Shown here: positions 39,201-47,351 of the stretch, piece by piece | Position numbering within the stretch: position 1 is the stretch's first letter | Layout: each line of letters starts with the position of its first letter | Assembly (NCBI GenBank): GCA_965215565.1 | Contig: CBDCDZ010000004.1 | Location: 928,001 to 992,000, forward strand | From: Trueperaceae bacterium | GTDB lineage: Bacteria; Deinococcota; Deinococci; Deinococcales; Trueperaceae | Length of the DNA: 64,000 nucleotides | Direction: 5' to 3' | Position numbers and translations under genes: made by a program | Notes under the pieces: generated by a model | Databases searched by the model: none | What the model was told of the DNA's origin: nothing | The model's input: only the letters and a program-made list of their open reading frames with translations

Positions 39201-39897
39201 CGGCAGAAACGAAGTCGTGAGGGCGCAGCTTTTGATCGGCTCGAGCGACGCGGATACGCCTACACGCACCGTTCAGCTCGGCGGCTCCTGGCAGATTCAG
39301 GAGGAGGGCGGCAACGAGCCTAACGTAGCGGAGATCGTCCGCGCCTTTGGCTTCGGCACCACCATCTTGAACCCTGGCGAAAAGCTCAACAACCAAGGAC
39401 GTATCGAAACTATTGGCGAAGAGGTGCTCTCGCCCTTCTGGAGCCGCGCCGACGAGAGTAGACCCGTCTACATCCGCCAGCTCGCGGCGTACCACACCTG
39501 CTGCAGCAACACAGCTAACGTCTTCTTGCAACCCGATATCAACTCAGGCAGCACCACCAAGTTCTTCACCCACAATGGCAAAGACGCCCAGTCCTTCTTG
39601 CCGCTCATCAGCGGTAGCAGCAGCGAGCCTGCCGAGGGTACGCTCACCCCGCCGAACGCCCTCTTCGGCTTCAAGAGCGATCCCGAATGGAGCGACCCGA
39701 GCCGCAACCGCGTCGGACCGGACGACTGCTCAGCCGGACGCGACACCTGCGGTCATCACATGCGCTTCTGGCCCGTACGCGACCTCAACGGTACCCTCGT
39801 CCCGAACGCCTATCTCATGGTGATGGACTACGCGGGCATCAACTACGACTTCAACGACAACGTCTACTTCATCAGCAACGTCAAGCCTGCGCAATAG
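36238..39897 (+). CDS. Large surface lipoprotein (1219 aa) with Ig-like and lectin-like beta domains and an internal duplication
   Basis: Lipobox LAAC; two GG.NEP...DY/F.D modules flank a Q..QAGLW.G.DEDNY.K domain. Confidence 0.85.
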   Translation: MKKFLLLSLLILAACNQAALPETKVGSETPEARTSRLLSDETLEVNFQVDPAKDQLATLSTSPFSTQAVDIDLQSSSKGLVDKDGTRYLYGTFDITNTSGETLENLSFYALSTARTLGGTAMSNLLDANNQAVTDPAFARTILPTHRTRNNSGMLVVKADEADFQGYSAAQVAQVQDQLGVGRNVLDYGFTARNEAGTRPIAPGKKGSVTFAIKFPYEPSDSADYPFSFTLSFTIVDDAARQVTRSAEENPNSARDVCRRAQEVGAGRVVVIGNEPSSAPCDLVRLNDIKVATATGTLPAKYLLGEGPGAAIPDLQVSETRLVYTEQNGGESAQTLTLRNFGSGALTVSSLDLSGSNADQFSVDGAAFPLTLQPGGTSDVTVTFAPSSLGPQGARLDIQSSDADSPNMSVSLRGLSVKGTGGSNEPSLQWILDTLEIDIDVGDPDPSNNVMPTRDLLGDEVKAQRFAKAGSGPVTAETLAVFGPDRDSPVTTFGWYEAGDANSVTNLFSVTNSPKSNAQRLLPPVEGSTSFDPGSKEFGIVSSWPFFNNRKLYSEDALNTFSGAVPHHVRAYPLSGEDNAFVIATEEHVSGFDYQDIVVILRNVTPVALPEPVGCAPISALLCNEVAVSLPYNLTFDGNEGKLADKNGVGTGFTMVDAPSSPLTTPSNPQLPGYEPSKLSAVNGSLTFTTTKGIQYVEPSTSSETNSQVNALGVGVDGGAKLRIETTLTDLSFPNNNQYQQAGLWFGLDEDNYAKLVVLNRGNGQAGIQLAREENAVLGGDDQLNSALLNLNGKNVKLILELDPVTRQATASYGVDGGAETVFANLELPETLFVGQTIGGDTVSFAGLFATHRRASSAMTFTFADFSVEQPKTLAPSGTLSLENRDWTSEQISAEAKGHFDNWLAFNRITSDKDAPRTHDTVTLRLNNPSDEVLKVSSLTLVNNTNNAAGLAAYSLLNGEAPSVENPLEIATGSFHDLSVAFTYPRASGRNEVVRAQLLIGSSDADTPTRTVQLGGSWQIQEEGGNEPNVAEIVRAFGFGTTILNPGEKLNNQGRIETIGEEVLSPFWSRADESRPVYIRQLAAYHTCCSNTANVFLQPDINSGSTTKFFTHNGKDAQSFLPLISGSSSEPAEGTLTPPNALFGFKSDPEWSDPSRNRVGPDDCSAGRDTCGHHMRFWPVRDLNGTLVPNAYLMVMDYAGINYDFNDNVYFISNVKPAQ

Positions 39898-39976
39898 CGT
39901 TTTTGTAACGCCGACGTAACGCCCAGCCCTACATTCTATAGAGGCGGTGAGCACACCTCATCGCCAAGGAGTTCTG

Positions 39977-42900
39977 ATGAATCACACGCAACGAACGAAA
40001 CTCATCCTTTTCACCGCGCTGCTGTTCACGCTAGCCGCGTGTAACCTGAGCGGGACCCAACCTCCCCAACCCAGCGTCACCCTCTTGAACGAAAACATCA
40101 GCATCCTCTTCGAGATCGGTGAGAACAACACGATCGAAACCTCGGCTATACCAAACGGTCTCACCTCACAAGCGTTAGATTTCAGCCTCGTCGGTACTTC
40201 GAAAGGGCTGACCGATAAGGGCGGAATGCGCTACCTCTACGGTACCTTTGAAGTCACCAACACCTCTAATGAGACCTTCGACAACCTCTCCTTCTACGCG
40301 CTTACGACGGGACGCGCTCTAGGCGGCACGGCGCTCGGCTCCTTAAAGAACGCGCGCAACGAAGCCATCACTGACGCGACGTTTGCCCGCACCATCCTCC
40401 CGACGCACCGCATGGAGAGTAACAGCGGACGCTTAGAGGTCAAGGCGGACGAGGCGGACTTTCAAGGTCTGAGCGACGCGCAGGTGAGCGCGGCGCAGCG
40501 CCAGTTATCCGCCGGGAGCACCGTCTTGGGCTACGGCTTCACCGCTCGCAACGCGGGCGGCGGACGCGCCATTGCGCCGGGACAGACGGGCTTTGTCACC
40601 TTCGCCGTCAAATTCCCCTTCGATCCGAACAGCTCCGCCGAGTACCCCTTCGCCTTTACGCTCTCGTTTGCCGCGGTAGATGACAGCGTCCGTCAGGTCA
40701 CTCGTAGCGCCGAAGAAAGCGCCAACAGTGCGCGCGACGTGTGCGCAAGAGGCGACGCCATCAATGCTGAGCGCGTCGTCGTGATCAGTCAGCACCCGAA
40801 CAGCGCGCCTTGTAACCTGACCCTCCTAACCAATGTCAAAACTGCTATTGCAACAAACGGCGAAGAGACTGTCTATTTGCTCCCAGACGCGCCCACTACG
40901 TCTGATATCGACGTCAAAATCAACTTTCAGTTGGATTCCGCGCCCGTACCGAACGGCTTTGTGAAAGACAGCGGTCAAGCATACGGCGCACAAGCAAACG
41001 GCACTTACGGTTGGCTCAAACTGAAAGACGATCAGCCCGTCGACGCCTCCGGCGCAGCCCGCGACCGCAACCGCGCTGGCGTCGCCCAAGAACGCGATAC
41101 CGTCATACACCTGCAGCGCGGCGACTGCTGCGACAGCGGCTTCACCGATGAAGTTTACTGGGAGTACGCGCTGCCGAACGGCACCTATCAAGTGACGGTG
41201 AGTGCAGGCGATGAGCCGGCAAAAGAGGTCAGAGCGGGCTTTCCCAATGCGTACGACAGCAAGCACACCCTCAACGTCGAAAGTGTCCCCGCACTTTCTA
41301 AGTTTCAGGCGGACAGTGATAACGAGTTCGAGCAGAGCACCGTCATCGTCCAAGTCGAAGACGGCAAGCTCACCATCGACGCAGTCGGCGGTATCAACAC
41401 AAAAATCAATTATGTTTTCATCACCTCTACGGACGCCAGTGCAGCCCAGCACCCCTTTGTCACGAGCATTGATCCCGCGAACGGCGCAACTGACCTCTCA
41501 CCCAACACCGCCACCATCACCGCAGGGCTCAGCCTTCCTAATGGCGGCGTGGCACTCTCGACCTTGGACGGCAACGTCACGCTGACCAACCTTGACAGCG
41601 GGGCAAATGTCAGCGGCACGCCCGACACGAGCGGCGGCGCGGACACCATCAGCTTTAAGATCAGCGAGCCTTTAGAAGAGAATACTAGTTACCGCTTTGA
41701 GGTCTCGAGCGGCGCAGAAGACGAGTCGGGCGCGTCGTTCTTGCCCTTCGCAAGCACCTTTACTACAGGCACGCTCAACACGAACGCCGGTCCGGTTGCC
41801 TTCACCAAAACCGTCGTGGACGAGGGACAGAAGTTCACCAGCGTCACCATCGGTCCCGACAGCAAGCTCTACGCCAGCACTGCCTTCGGCTCTATCTACC
41901 GCTATCAGATTGAGCGTGACGGTAACTTGACCGAAGAGCGCGTCATCGACACGGTCAAAAAAGCGAACGGCGGCGCACCCCGCACCATCATCGGCTTGAC
42001 CTTCGACCCTATCGCAACAGCGGACAACCTCATCCTGTGGGTCTCGGATAACGTCACCTACATGGGCTCTCCTGACGTACCTGACTGGACGGGCAAAATC
42101 GCCAAGCTCACCGGCTCGAATTTGCAAAACTACGAAGCGGTCATCGAAGGTCTACCCCGCTCGGTGCGCGACCACGAAACGAACTCTATCGCCTTCGGTC
42201 CTGACGGCGCACTCTACGTAAGCCAAGGCAGTAACAACGCGATGGGCGCACCTGACAGCGCGTGGGGAAACCGCGAAGAGCGTCTCCTAAGCGCGGCGGT
42301 GCTCAGACTCGATTTGGATAAACTTCCCTCGAGCCTCCCTTTGAACGTCAAAACCAACGAGGGCGGCTCCTATAACCCCTTCGCGAAAGACGCCCCCCTC
42401 ACTGTCTACGCCTCGGGTATCCGCAACGCCTACGACCTCGTCTGGCACTCCAACGGACGCCTCTACGTCCCGACCAACGGCTCCGCCCCCGGCGGCAACG
42501 CGCCCGCCACGCCGAGCACGCTCCCCGCATCTTGTAACAACCGCATCGACGCTGACCGCTTCGGCGCGTACACCCGCACAAACGTTCCTCGTATCGACAA
42601 CAACTCCCAGCGCGAGTTGGACTACCTCTTCCGCGTCTCTGAAGGGCGCTATTATGGGCACCCCAATCCGGCACGCTGTGAATGGGTCCTAAACGCAGGG
42701 AACGTCAAGTCCTCGAACGACCCCTTCGAAGCGAACGACTACCCCTTGGGCACGCAGCCCGACCGCAACTACGACGCAGACGGTGTCTTCAACGCAGGCT
42801 TGAGCGCCTCCGCGAACGGCGTCATCGAGTACATGAGCGGCACGTTTGGCGGCGCGCTCAAGGGCCAACTCCTCAACGTGCGCTACAGCAAAGAGCGCGA

Positions 42901-43105
42901 CATCCAGACCTTTTCATTGGATAGCAGCGGCAGCGTCACGAAGCGCGTTACGGGTACAGACTCCAACATCGACGGCTTCAGCGGCTTCAACGGTCCCTTG
43001 GACATCGTCGAAGACCTGAATAACGGCAACCTCTACGTCGCCGACTTCGGTCCGCAGTCGCTGGACGTCGCGGGTAGAATCGTCCTGCTCACGCCAAGAA
43101 AGTAA
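39977..43105 (+). CDS. Large surface lipoprotein: shared N-domain, carbohydrate-binding-like domain, Ig domain, beta-propeller (sugar-dehydrogenase-like)
   Basis: RBS AAGGAG, lipobox LAAC; VKINFQ..D.G..YG, H.TN.IAFGPDG.LY, YA.GIRN.YD, YYGHP. Confidence 0.85.
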   Translation: MNHTQRTKLILFTALLFTLAACNLSGTQPPQPSVTLLNENISILFEIGENNTIETSAIPNGLTSQALDFSLVGTSKGLTDKGGMRYLYGTFEVTNTSNETFDNLSFYALTTGRALGGTALGSLKNARNEAITDATFARTILPTHRMESNSGRLEVKADEADFQGLSDAQVSAAQRQLSAGSTVLGYGFTARNAGGGRAIAPGQTGFVTFAVKFPFDPNSSAEYPFAFTLSFAAVDDSVRQVTRSAEESANSARDVCARGDAINAERVVVISQHPNSAPCNLTLLTNVKTAIATNGEETVYLLPDAPTTSDIDVKINFQLDSAPVPNGFVKDSGQAYGAQANGTYGWLKLKDDQPVDASGAARDRNRAGVAQERDTVIHLQRGDCCDSGFTDEVYWEYALPNGTYQVTVSAGDEPAKEVRAGFPNAYDSKHTLNVESVPALSKFQADSDNEFEQSTVIVQVEDGKLTIDAVGGINTKINYVFITSTDASAAQHPFVTSIDPANGATDLSPNTATITAGLSLPNGGVALSTLDGNVTLTNLDSGANVSGTPDTSGGADTISFKISEPLEENTSYRFEVSSGAEDESGASFLPFASTFTTGTLNTNAGPVAFTKTVVDEGQKFTSVTIGPDSKLYASTAFGSIYRYQIERDGNLTEERVIDTVKKANGGAPRTIIGLTFDPIATADNLILWVSDNVTYMGSPDVPDWTGKIAKLTGSNLQNYEAVIEGLPRSVRDHETNSIAFGPDGALYVSQGSNNAMGAPDSAWGNREERLLSAAVLRLDLDKLPSSLPLNVKTNEGGSYNPFAKDAPLTVYASGIRNAYDLVWHSNGRLYVPTNGSAPGGNAPATPSTLPASCNNRIDADRFGAYTRTNVPRIDNNSQRELDYLFRVSEGRYYGHPNPARCEWVLNAGNVKSSNDPFEANDYPLGTQPDRNYDADGVFNAGLSASANGVIEYMSGTFGGALKGQLLNVRYSKERDIQTFSLDSSGSVTKRVTGTDSNIDGFSGFNGPLDIVEDLNNGNLYVADFGPQSLDVAGRIVLLTPRK

Positions 43106-43193
43106 GGCTAAAGGGACGCCCAAGTCTTCTTGAGCGTCCTCTCACCTTCTCATCTGTAATTTTCCTTACAATTGGATGCAAAGGAGCAACGCA

Positions 43194-43697
43194 ATGATTC
43201 AAACCCTCTTCATCGCAGCTTTAACCATGCTTCCTGCGTTCGGGTATATAGGCAGTACAAACGCTAGCACCCTGAACGACAACCCGAGCACCGAGATGGT
43301 CCTCACCCTCGCCGAGATGCTGAGCGGGCGAGAGGTCGACGGCGGCGCAGACACTCAGGCGGACAACGCGAGAATCTTCTTGTGGGAGATGCAGCGCCCC
43401 GGCGTCCTGTCAAGCTGCGTCTTCCTCCGCATGGACGACGCGGTTGAGAATGCGACGTTGGACCGCGAAACCGCCGTTCTCTTCCTAGCCGACCTCGTAG
43501 ATGGCACCGACAGCCTCACCTCTTGCGGCGCGGCTGAAGTGGCGACGGCTGAAGCGCACTTAGAAGCGTTGGGGCTCGAGCTACCCGCCGCCGACGCCCT
43601 CACTACCCAAGGCACCTTTGACGTAGACAGCCTTCTTGGTGAAGCCAAAGACCAGCGCGGCAGCTTAAAGAACGCCTTCGAGCGCAATAACCGCTAG
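43194..43697 (+). CDS. Exported hypothetical protein
   Basis: RBS AAGGAG; hydrophobic N-terminus; acidic mature part. Confidence 0.7.
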   Translation: MIQTLFIAALTMLPAFGYIGSTNASTLNDNPSTEMVLTLAEMLSGREVDGGADTQADNARIFLWEMQRPGVLSSCVFLRMDDAVENATLDRETAVLFLADLVDGTDSLTSCGAAEVATAEAHLEALGLELPAADALTTQGTFDVDSLLGEAKDQRGSLKNAFERNNR

Positions 43698-43700
43698 CTT

Positions 43701-43728
43701 GTAGGGGCGATTCATGAATCGCCCCTAC
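43701..43728. repeat. GTAG-type REP-like perfect palindrome
   Basis: GTAGGGGCGATTCA/TGAATCGCCCCTAC. Confidence 0.75.
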
Positions 43729-43775
43729 GCAACTCCAATCTCTCTACTCTTGAAACTTGCAAGGAGACCATCATC

Positions 43776-43874
43776 ATGAAAAAGTCCAAAAAACTCCTCG
43801 CCTTTTTGTTTTTCACCGCCGCGCTATTAACCGTCTGTGCGCAGCTTAGTATGGCGAACGCAGGAATCTTCTAA
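43776..43874 (+). CDS. Unannotated 32-aa signal-peptide-like micro-protein MKKSKKLLAFLFFTAALLTVCAQLSMANAGIF
   Basis: RBS AAGGAGA; terminator CCCCTAC...GTAGGGG-ACTTTTT at ~43895-43922. Confidence 0.7.
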   Translation: MKKSKKLLAFLFFTAALLTVCAQLSMANAGIF

Positions 43875-43964
43875 AAACGTTCACCAAATTTGCTCCCCCT
43901 ACCTTAGCGTAGGGGACTTTTTGGCTCGAGCCCCTTTCCTCCATAACTTGTTAGACTACCCTTC

Positions 43965-44513
43965 ATGAGTATCAAACCCGACTGGTGGATTCGCGAAAAA
44001 GCTTTAGAGGGCATGATTGAGCCCTTCGAAGACCGCCTTGTGCGCGAAGGCGTCATCTCGTACGGACTCTCTTCCTTCGGCTACGACTTACGCGCCGCCC
44101 CCGAATGGCGCATTTTCGTGAACGCCTTCAACACGCTCGTTGACCCCAAAACCTTCGATGTGAAGAGCCTAGTCGAAACTGAAGAGGACTTTTGTATCAT
44201 CCCGCCTAACTCCTTCGTGCTGACACGCTCGGTGGAGTATTTGCGCATCCCTACCGACGTGATGGTGGTGGCGCTCGGTAAGTCGAGCTACGCGCGGTGC
44301 GGCATCGTCGCGAACGTAACGCCTTTGGAGCCGGGCTGGGAAGGGCACGTGACACTGGAATTGTCCAATACGACGCCCCTGCCCGCCAAGGTCTATGCAA
44401 ACGAGGGCATCGTGCAGCTTCTATTCTTTCAGGGGGAGCAACCCGAGGTGACGTACGCCGATAGGAAAGGGAAGTATCAGGGGCAGCGGGGGGTGACGCT
44501 GCCTAAGCTGTAG
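43965..44513 (+). CDS. dcd: dCTP deaminase
   Basis: [37 protein letters not shown]. Confidence 0.96.
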   Translation: MSIKPDWWIREKALEGMIEPFEDRLVREGVISYGLSSFGYDLRAAPEWRIFVNAFNTLVDPKTFDVKSLVETEEDFCIIPPNSFVLTRSVEYLRIPTDVMVVALGKSSYARCGIVANVTPLEPGWEGHVTLELSNTTPLPAKVYANEGIVQLLFFQGEQPEVTYADRKGKYQGQRGVTLPKL

Positions 44514-44601
44514 CGCCTAAACTGTAGCGTTTGAGTTGCGGATTGGGATTCGAGTCCTAGCTCCTCTCGATAAAGTTCTAATGATGAGCGCTGCTTACGC
44601 T

Positions 44602-45180
44602 CTAGGACGCGCCGTAGCGCTGCAACCGAACCCGCCTCAATCTATAGATAAGCGCGACAAGCACCAGCAAAGCGAACGGCAAGCCGAAATTGATCACGCT
44701 AAACACCCTGCTCGTCTCGGGTTTAGGCGGATAGATGTAGAAGCCCGTACCCCCTTGCCCTTCGCCTGCGGGTCCGTCAATCAAGAGGTCAAGCTCGAGC
44801 CAGCCGCCACTCTCCCACCCCCAGGTCTCTGCGCCAGGCAGCTCGAGCGGGTCAATCACAAAAAGCCCGTCTCGCGCTTCGGGCGTGTAGCGCGTTCTAT
44901 GCACTTCGCCCTGATATTGGAGCGTCGCATCAACTTGCACATCGCTACTCGGCGGGATGCGCTCGCCCTCAGAGCGGATGTCGAGCTTGAGGTACGGGTT
45001 GCCGATGAGGCGCTGCCCGTCGCCGCTAACGAGGTAAGGTCCGACCTCTTCGCGGTGGATGAGGTGCTCCTCGGTGTTGACGATGCGCCCTAACCAGTCC
45101 GTAGGGAGCCAGCTTGTAAGGGGAGCGGAAGACGCATAAGCGCAGCTAATCGCGAGGGCTAAGCTGAGAAGGTATTTCAC
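44602..45180 (-). CDS. Exported beta-domain protein with C-terminal TM anchor
   Basis: GTG start after AAAGGAG; signal peptide ..CAYA; GPAGEG; C-terminal hydrophobic helix and basic tail. Confidence 0.7.
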   Translation of the reverse strand: MKYLLSLALAISCAYASSAPLTSWLPTDWLGRIVNTEEHLIHREEVGPYLVSGDGQRLIGNPYLKLDIRSEGERIPPSSDVQVDATLQYQGEVHRTRYTPEARDGLFVIDPLELPGAETWGWESGGWLELDLLIDGPAGEGQGGTGFYIYPPKPETSRVFSVINFGLPFALLVLVALIYRLRRVRLQRYGAS

Positions 45181-45730
45181 GGGACTCCTTTCGGGCGTCC
45201 TCATTCTGGCGTTTGAGCGGGACGAAGAGGAGCGCGGTGCCGCCCAAGACGATAGCGAGGATGAGCACGCTGGGGAGAACCTCGAGCACCGAAGGTCCGC
45301 CCTGCTGCGTGTGAACGGCGTAGGTTCGGCGCACCGTGCCGAGCGGACCTGAGAGGGTCAGCTCGAGCCCGTACGCTCCCTCTTGGCGTAGGGGAATATC
45401 CAAGAGGTAGCCCGCATAAGAGGTCTCGCCGTCCGCGCTGCTCTCCGAGAGGTAGGGCACGGCTCCTTCATATAAGGTGTCACCCTCGTACCGAATCACC
45501 GCGTCCACCTGGGTTGAGGCTGGCGCGGCCTCTCCCCCGTTCGAAAGTTGGACGAAGAGTTGCACCTTACCCTGACCTGTACCCGCCACGTGAAAGTCTT
45601 CTAAAACGCTCACGGTATATGCGTCCCAAGCCTCACGCCACGCGAGCGTATTGAAGCCGCTATGAGCGTAGACGGCGTAGCCGCAGAGAATGAAGAGGAG
45701 CGTGGTAGCGAGAGGGCGCAGTACGTTCAT
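45146..45730 (-). CDS. Exported YtkA-like beta-domain protein with predicted mature N-terminal His and C-terminal TM anchor
   Basis: MNVLRP...AVYA|HSGF; G.Y.L.L...GPLG; C-terminal TM. Confidence 0.7.
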   Translation of the reverse strand: MNVLRPLATTLLFILCGYAVYAHSGFNTLAWREAWDAYTVSVLEDFHVAGTGQGKVQLFVQLSNGGEAAPASTQVDAVIRYEGDTLYEGAVPYLSESSADGETSYAGYLLDIPLRQEGAYGLELTLSGPLGTVRRTYAVHTQQGGPSVLEVLPSVLILAIVLGGTALLFVPLKRQNEDARKESREIPSQLSPRD

Positions 45731-45732
45731 GC

Positions 45733-46851
45733 TCAACCTTGAGTGGACGCGCCCTGAGTCTCGCAAGGCGCAGAAGTGGACAAGAGCGAGACGAGCAGCG
45801 CGACCGCCAGAGCTTGCGCGACGCTACCCGTCCAGATATAGGGCGTGTACCAGACGCCGCCGCCATAGTCCGTGAGAAGGACGAACACATAGAACGTCGT
45901 CCACAAACTGAGCGCGACGAGCACGTTGAAGAGGTGAAACCTAATACGCCTACGTGCGTTCGGCTTCAGAAGCGCGTAGAGCGCGTCGCAGAGAGTGCCG
46001 ACGACGAAGAATACAGGAACGAGCGAGACGTCTAGCTCCAAAACCGAGCCGTAGAGCCCGTAGAGCGAGAAGAAAAGGGTGAACGCGCCCGCTGGCAATC
46101 TGAAGCGCAGCGTCAACCAGGCGAGCACACCTACCGTCGTCGCGGTCTGGATGATGATGCCTGAAATGCCTAGCGTCTCCCCTAGGTAGTCGCTACGCGC
46201 GCGGTTCTCGCTCAGCATAAAGCCCGCGCTCGTGCCGAAGAGGTCCATCGCGACAAACGCCAAGATGTTAAAAAAACTCGCCCAGGCGACCAGCGCGGGC
46301 AAGAGGTTGAGGAACGAGGTCCACCATGAGGTCTCCTGTAATGTCCCCTGCTCGAGCCCAGTCACCTCTCGCCTTCTGTACGCAGCTTTGGCAGGTCCCA
46401 CGCTGAGGAGCGCCCAGCCGAGGAAGAGCCCCAGATGCGTCGGGCTGTAGAGCGCCTCGTTATCGACCTCGAAGCCGAAGAGCGCGTGCCCGCCGAGGTC
46501 AAACACGCCCGTTACGCCAAAGATAAAGAGCCCCAGCGCCGAGAGCTTGTAGCCCGCCGGTAGCGCGTTCAGCCCATCAAACCCCGCGCGCCGGTTGCCA
46601 AACGCCGTGCCGAACAGCCATAGCCCTAACGCCATAAGGCTCGCGTAGAAGAGCAGGTGGTACTCGCTCAGCACCGACTGGTCCGGTCCGAACGAGGCGT
46701 GCGACCAGCCGTCCATATAGACGCCTATTGTGACTAAAAACACGAAGAGCGTGTAGACCCAGTCGAACGCGAGCGTGCTGAGCGGGGTCAGGTGAGCGGC
46801 TTGGGTTGCGGCGCTGCGCCGGTTTACATCTGCTTTTGTACGAGCGATCAT
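45733..46851 (-). CDS. Polytopic membrane protein with two DxxxH...H motifs
   Basis: ~10 TM; MDGWSH...EYH and FDLGGH...SPTH; RBS GGAGG. Confidence 0.8.
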   Translation of the reverse strand: MIARTKADVNRRSAATQAAHLTPLSTLAFDWVYTLFVFLVTIGVYMDGWSHASFGPDQSVLSEYHLLFYASLMALGLWLFGTAFGNRRAGFDGLNALPAGYKLSALGLFIFGVTGVFDLGGHALFGFEVDNEALYSPTHLGLFLGWALLSVGPAKAAYRRREVTGLEQGTLQETSWWTSFLNLLPALVAWASFFNILAFVAMDLFGTSAGFMLSENRARSDYLGETLGISGIIIQTATTVGVLAWLTLRFRLPAGAFTLFFSLYGLYGSVLELDVSLVPVFFVVGTLCDALYALLKPNARRRIRFHLFNVLVALSLWTTFYVFVLLTDYGGGVWYTPYIWTGSVAQALAVALLVSLLSTSAPCETQGASTQG

Positions 46852-46987
46852 AGGACCTCCTCCGAACTTCCGCGTAATGAATCTCAGCGTGTCACCTTAG
46901 CGTGTCGTAAGTCGATGTTTGGAGATAGCTCGAGAACACTGCAGGAACAAACGCGCGGTTTCGCTCCGTCAGCAGTGACACAACAAT

Positions 46988-47181
46988 CAGCAGTTACATA
47001 GTAGTGACGAAGTGCCGCTTACGAAGTTTTGCCTTTTGCATCCGCAAAGATTTCATAACCGGTAAGGGCATCATCACCAGATGTGCGTGTTTGTCGGTGC
47101 TCTCTGAAGTGAGAGCGTTGCTTCGCCCAGCGGGAGCACGGCGACTTTACTTCGTGCACCGTGACCCGATGATACCTGCTA
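46988..47181 (+). repeat. Dispersed repeat family 1, divergent copy with inserts
   Basis: AGCAGTT...GATGTGCGTG...AGTGAGAGCGTTGCTTCG...GACCCGATGATACCTGCTA. Confidence 0.75.
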
Positions 47182-47194
47182 AGTCAAAAGTATG

Positions 47195-47303
47195 ACACGA
47201 ATTCCGGTTGGTTCTTTATCCATCTGAGCAAAGATATGGACAGAATGTATGGACTATCGCTGAGGCTTTCTCCCGGTGATAGGGAATTGAACGGAATCCG
47301 TAT
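47195..47303. repeat. Dispersed repeat family 2, copy 3 (divergent)
   Basis: ACACGAATTCCGGTT...CGGAATCCGTAT. Confidence 0.65.
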
Positions 47304-47351
47304 GAGCCACGTTTGGCACTCCGCTGATGGGAAGCAAAGTCCCTCCCCTAT

